NCBI RefSeq assembly: GCF_006345805.1
Contig: NC_043009.1
Coordinates: forward strand, 53,196,001 to 53,260,000
From: Octopus sinensis
Taxonomy: Eukaryota
Length of the DNA stretch: 64,000 nucleotides
Reading direction: 5' to 3'
How positions within the stretch are numbered: the stretch's first letter is position 1; each line of letters starts with the position of its first letter. Both the position numbers and the translations under genes were made by a program. The notes beneath the pieces are model-generated. The model saw only the letters and a program-made list of their open reading frames with translations. It did not search any database and was not told the origin of the DNA. This document shows, piece by piece, positions 52,937 through 64,000 of the stretch.

Positions 52937-53700
52937 CATGTGGTAGGGTCTAAGCTGCTTTTCCAGATAAGCCATCTCTCCATGTCGCATAAACCGCACC
53001 TTCCGCTGCCGTTAGTATAGGGCTTACATCTGGCCAAAATCTTCCATTGTATGTTATAATCGACACGACGAAGAAATACGTGGGCCTGACAGAGGGTAAT
53101 TTCAAGGCCAGGTTCAATAACCACACTTTGAGCTTTAGGCACTGGAACAAAAGAAAAGCGACACAATTATCCAATCATATTTGGTCTTTAAGAGATAAAG
53201 GTGTCGATTATAACATACAATGGAAGATTTTGGCCAGATGTAAGCCCTATACTAACGGCAGCGGAAGGTGCGGTTTATGCGACATGGAGAGATGGCTTAT
53301 CTGGAAAAGCAGCTTAGACCCTACCACATGTCTAAATACAAGGACAGAGCTTTTCGGATCATGCCCACATGTGACTAAATTCCTGTCACGTTTTTGGTCC
53401 CCTAAAGAAAACGGATAGAACATGCTTTCTGTGTTATGTCCCAAGAAGATTTTATATATTTTTATATATTTTTATATATTTTTATGTATTTTTATATAAT
53501 TTTTATGACGAAAAATGCGAGCGATGTATAAGTACGCAGGCAAAGCAGAGTTACAACACAGTAATTTCCCTTCATTTTAACGGTATTTTTTCATAACGTT
53601 TTCAAATAGCCAGATAACCGAAGAGATGGTGTTGTGGATTTCCACTTCGGCATCTGAAACTCAGAGTTTTATCTTGACTACCGAGTAATGTAACATATTG
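52937..53700 (+). mobile_element. Penelope-like element 3' part: GIY-YIG endonuclease ORF end, inverted 5' copy, hammerhead-bearing 3' end abutting (TA)n
   Basis: KYVGLTEGNFKARFNNHTLSF...IWSLRDK...W.IL...CGLC..E...LNTRTEL..SCPH. 52937-53066 is the reverse complement of 53201-53330. Hammerhead at 53612-53674. Confidence 0.85.
53612..53674 (+). ncRNA. Type I hammerhead ribozyme motif (core CCGAAGA, predicted cleavage after 53668)
   Basis: Stem I AGATAA/TTATCT; core CCGAAGA; stem II GATG/CATC with GTGGA/TCCAC extension; extra T; GAAA; stem III ACTC-A-GAGT; NUH = GUU. Same strand as, and about 195 nt after, the GIY-YIG ORF. Confidence 0.75.
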
Positions 53701-53705
53701 TATAG

Positions 53706-53742
<37 letters not shown>

Positions 53743-54394
53743 TATATATATATATATATATATATTTGTGCCACACTGTCTCTTTCCTTTACTTAGCTTC
53801 TCTTAATTTCCTTTCCGTCTCTGTCTGTCTGTCTGTCTGTCTCTCTGTTACATTCTCTGTTACCCGCCTCCCACTATCACGTGATCCGTGATAATCTCAG
53901 GTCGTGTCATTCTTTTTCATTTTGCCTTCGACCGGACTGGTCACGATTTTCTGAGCTCCTCGCTCTACCCCTGCCGTGTCTATAGTCCTTTTAGGACAGT
54001 TTCTATTTCTCCTTTGTGTTACACATTTTTGTCTTGTCCTGAAGCCCAAATTGTTTATTTTTTTTTGCTTTATATGAATTATTATCACTTTAATTGTTGT
54101 CTTCGTGTGGCCCTAAGCCTTTATCCTGTTTATTGTTTTGTCTCTTGTCTGTTCACTAACGGTCTGGTCCCGAGCTCGTCTCATTTTGTTACATTTTGGT
54201 CCCATTCCCGGAAACTTTCTTGCCGGTGCCTCCAGAGGGAAAGTAATATTATCGATAATGGCCGACATTGCACTTGACCCTGTGGCCTATAAGTGAGGGG
54301 GGAGTTGGTGACCGTCTGTGTTTTCCGTTCGTCTCTGTGTATTTAGTATATGTTCGTATGTTTATTTTCTACAGGTTTTTAAAAAATTATACAT

Positions 54395-54431
<37 letters not shown>

Positions 54432-54455
54432 ACACACACACACACACACACACGC

Positions 54456-54521
<66 letters not shown>

Positions 54522-54570
54522 TACATATATATACATATATACATATATATACATATATATACATATATAC

Positions 54571-54628
<58 letters not shown>

Positions 54629-54789
54629 GGCCTGCTCGCTTAGCCAGCGGGGTGGCGTCTTTCGAAGGCTAAAACAATGCGAACGCATTGTGACCAGCGA
54701 TGTGTAACAACATCTGATGGTCTGGTCGGTCACGTGATCACGTGATATATATATTATATATATATATATTATATATATATTATATATAT

Positions 54790-54943
54790 GTGGCTGTGTA
54801 GTAAGTAGCTTGGTTACGAACTACATGGTTGCCGGTTCAGTCCCGTTGCATGGCACCTTGGGCAAGTGTCTTCTACTATAGCCTCGGGCCGACCAAAGCT
54901 TTGTGAGTGGATTTGGTAGACGGAAACTGAAAGAAGCCAGTTG

Positions 54944-55041
<98 letters not shown>

Positions 55042-55216
55042 GGTGTGTGTGTATGTGCTTGTTTCCCCCCAAAATCGCCGTAACTTAGAGATTCGGCAAA
55101 AGAGACCAATAGAATAATTACAAGGCTTACAAAGAATAAGTTCTGAGGTCAATTTGCTCGATTAAAGACGGTGCTCCAGCATGGCCACAGTCAAATCACG
55201 GAAACAAGTAAAAGAA
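54790..55216 (+). mobile_element. SINE family A, full-length copy
   Basis: Head, body, internal microsatellite and tail collinear with 1241-1693. Confidence 0.85.
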
Positions 55217-55218
55217 TA

Positions 55219-55269
<51 letters not shown>

Positions 55270-55287
55270 GTCTCTCTCTCTCTCTCC

Positions 55288-55355
<68 letters not shown>

Positions 55356-56529
55356 TTCCATTTAATTCTGAAAAAAAAAAACGAGTGGGTGCAGAAAAGT
55401 TACAGACTTTGGGTAAAAGAAAATACAGGTAAATCAATTAATTACAATTTTATTCAGCATATGCCCCTCTCAGATTCACACACATATTGCAGCAGTCCTT
55501 CAGGTTTACTAAGATCTGTAAACGAACTCGGAAGTTTGGGCCTCCAACAAGGCCTTTCGTAGCATCCTTAAAACCAGGAACTTTTGAGCAGCTTACTAGT
55601 AAAAAATAAAAATGATAAAATACAACGAATGAAACGATAGGATCATATGGCTAGATTCCAGATTGTGGTTTATTTATCTCACCCACTCCCAGATGGGACA
55701 CCGGTCCTTTGCATTACTCATTTCTACCAGTTGAGTGCATTGGAGCAAGGTGAAATGAAGTTTAAAAAAACATAGCGCATTGCCCAGTTTAGGAACTGAA
55801 ACTACAGTCTTACAACTCACGTGCTTCCTCACATAACAGATAATGTGATGGCGAAGATGGTGCCGAAGCTGGTCATCATCATCATCATTGTTCGACCGTG
55901 GTCGAGACTTTCATAGTCTTTTCAAATGGCTAATAATGTGTGCGCGCGCCACTACTACACACATTGGAAAGCATTGTACAACCAAGTACTAAAGAAGATC
56001 TTTCCTCCTCCATAAAACAAAGCTGTTCCCGCTGGACGTCAACCCAGTATTTCTAAGCTACGGACCGAGTGATTTATTGTAAGGTTATCTCCCTAGATAG
56101 ATTGCCTTCACTACGGCTAAGGAGCCCTTTCTGGTAGTGAAGATGGTGGTGTGTGACAGTTTTTGGAGTCAGAGCTGTTGATAATGTACAACAACCTGTT
56201 TGATGAAGGCGTTGCTGGTGGTGTAGAACTGTCTATCTTTTTACTGTTGCTACCTTCTTCTTCTTCTTCTTCTTCTTCTTCTTCTTCTTCTTCTTCTTCT
56301 TCTTCTTCTTCTTTTCTTCTTCTCTTCTTCTTCTTCTTCTTCTTCTTCTTCTTCTTCCTTCTTCTACTTCTCTTCTTCTTCTTCTTCTTCTTCTTCCTTC
56401 TTCTCTTCTTCTTCTTCCATCAGGACTCCGCTTCTTTAGCCACAAAGAATAATCGCTAATAATAATCTCTAATTCGAGCCTACTCTAAGCTACTAAGAAT
56501 GCATGTGGTAACTTAAAGATCCACTTACC

Positions 56530-56768
56530 CATTTCTTTACTACCCACAAGGGGCTAAACACAGAGAAGACAAACAAGGACAGATAAACAGATTAAGTCGA
56601 TTATATCGACCCCAGTACGTAACTGGTACTTATTTAATCGAACCCGAAAGGATGAAAGGCAAAGTCGACCTCGGCGGAATTTGAACTCAGAACGTAGCGG
56701 CAGACGAAATACTGCTAAGTATTCCGTCCGGCGTGCTAAAGCTTCTGCCAGCTCGGGTAAACGAAAAA
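56530..56768 (-). mobile_element. SINE family C copy with 16-bp target site duplication
   Basis: TSD taaagatccacttacc at 56514-56529 and 56769-56784. Confidence 0.9.
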
Positions 56769-57080
56769 TAAAGATCCACTTACCGCACCCGATAGACTGG
56801 CGCTTGCACGGGCGTGAAAGCTACGTTGTTATCCTCATTCCGTGAACGGTGGCTTAATAGAAACGCATATATAATGTCAAGAATATTCAATTCAGTTTTT
56901 GATAACGGGACAATGACAGTCGTGAATCTTCAGATATAGATTTAGGAACTCTGCCTTTCGAAAATAATCTGTAAACTGCTGATAAGAACATGAAAAGCAT
57001 ATGAAATAAAATATATGAAATTTGAACATAGACATATATATGAACATAGAAATTTGAACATAGACATTCATGGGCGTGTG

Positions 57081-57121
<41 letters not shown>

Positions 57122-57238
57122 ATATGTGTGAATGTTATGTGCGAGCATGCGCGCGCGTGCGTGTGCGTATTTATGTAGGTGTGAGTGGATGTGAGTGTTT
57201 GCGGATGTGTTTGTTTGTAGATGTGTATGTGTGTATGT

Positions 57239-57276
<38 letters not shown>

Positions 57277-57363
57277 TGTGAATATGCGTGCATGCGTGCG
57301 CTTGCGTGTGCGTGTATATGTAGTTGTGTGTGGATATATGAAATTTGAACATATGCCAACGGG

Positions 57364-57463
57364 NNNNNNNNNNNNNNNNNNNNNNNNNNNNNNNNNNNNN
57401 NNNNNNNNNNNNNNNNNNNNNNNNNNNNNNNNNNNNNNNNNNNNNNNNNNNNNNNNNNNNNNN
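57364..57463. other. Assembly gap (100 N)
   Basis: Run of N; a round length suggests a placeholder of unknown true size. Confidence 0.99.
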
Positions 57464-58330
57464 GCATCCATAAGAATTCCATTTACAAACCTTTTACAGA
57501 AATATCTAAATCCCTGCTATGATGTGGACGACGACGTCGACGAAAATAAGGGTGAACTGGTGTGGGCATCTTTCGTGCGACACGGCTTTCCACAGATCAT
57601 CTCATTGCAGTCATGGTCAAACGTAGACTAATGTTAGGCTTGGAATCTAAATATTGTCAGCACTCACTGTATTGTACCAGCTGTCCAAAACCGTTTGGCA
57701 GAAAAACAACCCAAATTTCTATAGGGTGATAGTTGAAGGTATGACTGATGATGGCTTAGGATTGAATCTAGGCATCGACGAGAACAATCTGAGTAGTCTC
57801 TTCCAGACGACCTTCGGGTCGAAATCATGGACAATTTCTAAAAGTCTTTGGCTTGGCGATGCTACAGAGGAGCATTGCCCGTTCGAGACAAGCTCTTCAG
57901 GCATGGCAGTGCCAACAGCCGAACTTGCTCGAGATGCTTGCAGGGGAACGAAAGCGTCCTGCATGAAATAATTCAGAGATTTGTGAGATTGTGTAGAGCA
58001 GCTGTTGTCGCGTGTAAGACGAATACAGGTGTCTGCTGGGGGTATAGTGTAGATCAACACACCAAGTTTCCTAAACAGACAAGGAAGGCAGATTATTCTC
58101 TGCTTAGTGGCTGTAGCAAAAGAGGCTGTGTGGTGGACCCGTCTGAAAGGCTTGAAGAAAAGCACATTCCTATCAGGTCAAGCCCTCATCAATGTCTTCA
58201 AATAATCATTTGAAGAGGAAGGTGAAGTTAGAGAGGGAGATGCTACCTTCTAGTTAGTTTATCAAAAGGTGGTCGACAGTGGCAAGACTGGTGAGACTGA
58301 ATAGACCTACTCTGAATATGCTTTTCTAAG
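57464..58330 (+). mobile_element. Tx1/L1-like LINE ORF2 C-terminal fragment
   Basis: AWRCYRGALPVRDKLFRHGSANSRTCSRCLQGNESVLH; same family as 22760-23440; starts at the gap edge. Confidence 0.75.
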
Positions 58331-58654
58331 CAGGAGAAAATAAACTGGAAGAGGGCACTTTCCCATGTCTTGGAGATGGCAGAGTAATCTAGGATTTTGT
58401 GTGGGTTTAACCCGGATTATTCTAAGTGAACCGACCCGCTATCGGGATTCTGTTTACTCATTATTTATTTCTCTACTTTCTATTATATATCCTCTGTTAT
58501 ATCCTTTAATGGGGTAGTATCTCCCCTTGATTGATATTAACCCTACATGTTTTTGTTATTTATTTTTTTTGGTACTGTAATTCGTTCTTCGATATTGTCG
58601 TCTATGTCTTGGGCCCTTGTAGCCAATAAAAGAAATCACCATTATTATTATTAA

Positions 58655-58699
<45 letters not shown>

Positions 58700-58748
58700 T
58701 ATTGTTATTGTTATTATTATTATTATTGTTATTATGTTTATTGTTATT

Positions 58749-58784
<36 letters not shown>

Positions 58785-58844
58785 GTTATTGTTTATTCTT
58801 ATATTATTGTTATTATTATTATTTATTTGATTATTTATTATTAT

Positions 58845-59330
58845 TGAGAGAGAAGCAGTTCATGCATCAAAGTGACACTACCCGTCTGATATAAGGTACA
58901 CCAGGCACATGCATCACAACCATATGTGCGCACATGGTGATCTCATATCAAGATAAACAGCACATGACCTTGCAGGTGGGGCCCAGTTAGAATTTTCTTC
59001 AGGTAGTAGCCCATCCCGCTCAACGGCCCTGATAAGGGTTGTTTAAGGATGTTGAAAGAACCCCCCCATGTTTCCAGAGGTGAACTATTCAACCCCAAAG
59101 AATCCCTCTCAACACATGGCTATGATGCTCCCCCACGACTTCTGCTCGTGATCAAGATGCACATATCGTCAGCCCTAAGGGACATGCTCAACTGGTTAAG
59201 GTCAAACAACTGACAAGCAAATTCTGAGGTATTGAGCAGAATATTGCTGTAGCCCTCTTTATACCAAGACAAAACAATGTACATGATAACACTTCCAATC
59301 AGTTTAGTCAGAAGCCACGAGAGCCACTTA
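58845..59330 (-). mobile_element. Second copy of the (AAT)n-associated repeat
   Basis: Reverse-complement similarity to 37190-37655; embedded in TTA repeats. Confidence 0.7.
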
Positions 59331-59884
59331 TTATTATTATTATTATTATTATTGTTATTGTTATTTTTATTATTATTATTATTATAATTATTGTTATTAT
59401 TATTATTATTATTATTATCATTATCATCATCAACCACCACCACCACCACCACCACCACCACCACCACCACCACCACCGCCACCACCACCACCATCATCAT
59501 CATCATCACACCATCATCTCATCATCTCATCTCATCATCATCATCATCATCATCACCATCACTATTATTATTATTATTATGATTATTATTATTATTATTA
59601 TTATTATTAAGGCAGTGAGCTAGTAGATTCATTAGCACGTCGGACCAAATGCCTAGTATTATTTCTTACCATTCCTTACGTTCTGAGTTCAAATTCTGCC
59701 GAGGTCAACTTTACTTGTCATCCTTTGGGGGTCACTAAGATAACAGTTGAACACTGGGGATGATGTAACTGAGGAACCCCCCTTTCTCATTAAATTTCAG
59801 GCCTTGTGTCAATTGTATTATTATAGTTTTTATTATTATTATTCCTTCATTTGCACAGTGACCCTCTTGTGAACACTGGGTCGT

Positions 59885-60200
59885 TTAATTGACTCCCTAT
59901 CAAGTTATGTAATCCCAGTTATATAATACGTTCCGTAAGATATTGCTCTTCCCAAAAGTATTGTCTTTAGCACTGTTGTAAAGCTGAGACAGATTCCAAT
60001 TTTGTGAAGGTGTTTCTGGAGGCTTATCGTCATCGACGCAACCGCTCCAATCACAATTGGTATCACACATGCTTTTATTCTCTTCATTTTCTCGACTCTC
60101 ATGTCTATATATTTTACAATTTTCTCGTTTTCTTTATCATTGATATAATGGTCACCTGGGAAAGCTAAACCGATCAACAATCAACGTTTTACAGCAGCTT
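59885..60200 (-). mobile_element. R4/Dong-like LINE RLE C-terminal fragment
   Basis: LAFPGD...KENEKIVKY...VIPIVIGA...ILLG resembles the RLE C-terminus of R4-clade ORFs. Confidence 0.7.
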
Positions 60201-60289
60201 TCTCCACCAACGAAGAATTATTTCATATTCTCTTGAAAGTTTACATTAATTGCATGATATATATATATCGGCATGATAGATCGTTAGCT

Positions 60290-60478
60290 CCTAAACGCAT
60301 TTTTTTCTCTCCTTGTTTCTTTCCTTGTTTTTTCTGTGTATCTTTCTGTCGAAGAGCGTAGGCTCGAAACGTAAAAGACTTTTTCTATTTCTATTCCTGA
60401 GCGATATACTAATACATTTGTTTGTTTGTACTCCACCTGCCTCCGTCTTTTGTTTATTTTCGTAAACTTTCCCGTTAT
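60290..60478 (+). mobile_element. PLE-type terminal repeat fragment with hammerhead, ending at (TA)n
   Basis: Reverse complement of about 51125-51310; contains the hammerhead at 60341-60378. Confidence 0.65.
60341..60378 (+). ncRNA. Minimal hammerhead-like motif (core CTGTCGA)
   Basis: TCTTT-CTGTCGA-A-GAGC-gtag-GCTC-GAAA-CG-TA-AAAGA; palindromic ACGT helix III. Confidence 0.65.
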
Positions 60479-60499
60479 ATATATATATATATATGTAGG

Positions 60500-60657
60500 C
60501 ATGGCTGTGTGGTAAGAAACTTTCCAACCACATGGTTCCGAGTTCAGTCCCACTGCATGGCTTCTTGGGCAAGTTGGACCAGAGTCTCTGCTACAACCTC
60601 GAACCGACCAAGGCCATGTGAGTGGATTTGGTAGACGGAAACTGAAAGAAGGCTGCG

Positions 60658-60715
<58 letters not shown>

Positions 60716-60968
60716 TAATATATATTATATATAATTTATCTTATATATGTATAATATTCATGTCTGCGTTTGTCCTATCGCCATTACTTGACAACCGATA
60801 TTGGTGTGTTTATGTCCCCATAACTCCGACCAAATAGACCTATAGAATAAGTACAAGGCTTAACAAACAATAAATCCTGGGGTCGATTTCTTCGGCGAAA
60901 ACCTTTTAAGGCGGTACTCCAGCTTGGTCGCCATCAAAATGACTGAAACATGTAAAAGAATAAAACAA
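60500..60968 (+). mobile_element. SINE family A, full-length diverged copy
   Basis: Collinear with 1241-1693. Confidence 0.8.
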
Positions 60969-61359
60969 TAAAACACTGTATATATGTATGTATATACGTA
61001 TGTAATTATGTATGTAATATGTATATGTGTATGCGCGTGTGTCTGTACGTGTTTGTATACACAGGCATGTGTATAACCAATAAGAATAAACGACATCTGC
61101 TGTCAAAAAACAAATAACAAACAAAGCCCTCGTTTTTTGAAATACAATGTTTAATAGTTTTCGACAAAACTCATATATTTTTAAGCAGCAGATTAAATGT
61201 TGAATCATGAAATATGTGAGGCAAACAACACAGGATGGCGTAATTGTTTTATAAGAGTGGCATAAGTAACATGGAGATTCTGCCTTCTTGATTTGTTATG
61301 AAATAACGAGTGTGTAGGTCCATTCATACTTACATATACATTCAAATCATTATTTATTC

Positions 61360-61502
61360 ATTCACATATATATATAATATATATATATATATATTATATA
61401 TATATATATACATATATATAGATATATATATATATATATTATATATAATATAAATATATAATATATATTATATCTATATATATCATATATATATATCTAT
61501 AG

Positions 61503-61533
<31 letters not shown>

Positions 61534-61583
61534 ATATATAATATATATACATATATATCTATATTACATATATATATATTATC

Positions 61584-61623
<40 letters not shown>

Positions 61624-61677
61624 TATATATATATATATAATATATATAATCTATATACATATATATATTATATATAT

Positions 61678-61709
<32 letters not shown>

Positions 61710-61917
61710 AATATATTAATATACTACATATTATATATATAGTATATATATAAATATATATACATATAGATATATTATATATATATACATATTATCTATA
61801 TATATATCTATACATTATATATATATATATATATATATATCTATTACATATATATATATATATATATATATACATATGATATATATATATATATATATAC
61901 TTACATATATATCTATA

Positions 61918-61957
<40 letters not shown>

Positions 61958-62018
61958 CATACATAGATATATATATTATATATATACTATACATATATAT
62001 ATATATATATATATACAG

Positions 62019-62051
<33 letters not shown>

Positions 62052-62123
62052 GTATATATATATATATCCATATATATATATATATATATAATATATCTAC
62101 ATATATATATATATTATATATAG

Positions 62124-62154
<31 letters not shown>

Positions 62155-62221
62155 CAATATATATATATACATATATATAATACATACCTATATATATATA
62201 TATACATATATATATACATAC

Positions 62222-62252
<31 letters not shown>

Positions 62253-63243
62253 GACAGATATATTATATGTAGATATATTGTATATATATACATATATATA
62301 TATATGTATATATATTGTATATATATACATATATATATATATACATATATATATATATGTATATATATTTGATTATATACACATACTCAGAAATATATTT
62401 ACTTATGCACATATGAATGCTTACAGTTATACCAAATATGAGCCTGTATGATCGCCTGTACGTGTGCATGCGTGTTTATGTGTTTATGGGGTACGTAGAT
62501 ATATTTGTTAGTGGGTTAGGGGTAAGAATTTGAGATTTCAAAATAAGGGACAGTGTTTCCATATTTAAATGTTTGATCGACTCCTTTTCTGGCAGAGAAG
62601 ACCTCTACACAGAAGCACTTACACGCAGGTACTCAGAGGCACACACACAAGGACACACACAGAGGCACACACACACGCGCACACACACACACAGGCACAC
62701 ACATATTCACACACACGTGCTCACACACAAGGACACATTCAGACACACACACACACACACATGCACGCACATGCACACATAAAGAAAAATATTTCTATGC
62801 AATTGTCGATGTATTCATGAGTACTTTGGATCTAGATGCATGCATATAGGTACTTTTATGTGTATACCCATCCCTCCACCAATTTATATATATATATATA
62901 TATAAACACACATATATATATATGCATACATTACATATATATATATACATATATATATATAAACACACATATATATATATGCATACATTACATATATATA
63001 CATAGAGATGTATTATATATGATATATATGTATGTACGTGTATTATATATATATATATATATATAGATATATATATATATATGTATATTATATATATATA
63101 TGAAATATATATACATATATAAAATATAAATATATGTGTATATATATGCATATATGTATACGCCATGCATATCATTTACCAAATATATACAGAAATATGT
63201 ATGTATGTATGTATGTATGTATAATATATATATATATATGATA

Positions 63244-63286
<43 letters not shown>

Positions 63287-63637
63287 CATACATATATATA
63301 ATGTATAATATATGTATATATATGTGCATAAAAATATACATGCATATACAGGTACGCCACACACACATATGTGGATCCATTCCTTCGTACGCATCCTCGA
63401 ATCTTTTGTCATATATTCTTCCCCGTCTGTCTTCTATATTCCGTTTCTTACTCACTGGATACTGTCTTTATTTCTGTAATCGCCTACACCAATACACACT
63501 CGTTCATACATCATTAAATGCACACACATATACAATACACACACACACACATATATATACATACAAATATTTATACGTATATATATATATACATATATAT
63601 ATATACATATATGTATAGCCATATACATATATATTGC

Positions 63638-63672
<35 letters not shown>

Positions 63673-63913
63673 CATATATACACACACATATATATGCGTA
63701 TATACATACATACATATAAGATATATCTTGTGTGCCTGTATGCATGCATCTTTATTGGCGTAACTTTTGCTTTATTATTCTAAGAATATATTTATGAGAT
63801 TCAGTAAATTCAGTAAATTTGGTATGCAACTGGTGCTACATTTGACACCCATTTGCCATATATATTATGTATATATAATATATATATATATATATAGATA
63901 TATATATCAGTAT

Positions 63914-63944
<31 letters not shown>

Positions 63945-64000
63945 TTATATTATATATAATATATATCCATATATATATATGTATAATATATATATATATA
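61360..64000. repeat. Mostly degenerate (TA)n tracts with short unique islands
   Basis: Direct inspection. Confidence 0.9.

Overview
AT-rich, microsatellite-dense eukaryotic genomic DNA. The SINE families and (TA)n/(CA)n landscape suggest an octopus or other cephalopod (inference). The main host feature is absent from the ORF track: a 5-exon plus-strand gene (12192-12225, 38860-38995, 40613-40761, 44466-44589, 47694-48162; GT-AG introns, phases 1-2-1-2; 912 nt). It encodes a 303-aa protein with a signal peptide, two tandem Cys-rich lobes, a 7x8-aa TTVDSGSS stalk and a C-terminal hydrophobic, GPI-like tail. The rest is a layered transposon landscape: CR1-clade, R4/Dong-like, Tx1/L1-like and RTE LINE fragments; a Gypsy RT/RNase H relic; GIY-YIG Penelope-like element (PLE) relics; about ten hammerhead or hammerhead-like motifs with non-canonical cores; fold-back palindromes beside (TA)n; four tRNA-headed SINE families; mariner and Tc1 MITEs; and a non-autonomous Helitron. 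There is also a 1.72-kb tandem duplication and a 100-N gap. Most long ORFs in the track are microsatellite artefacts. Coordinates were counted by hand, and repeat boundaries are approximate.
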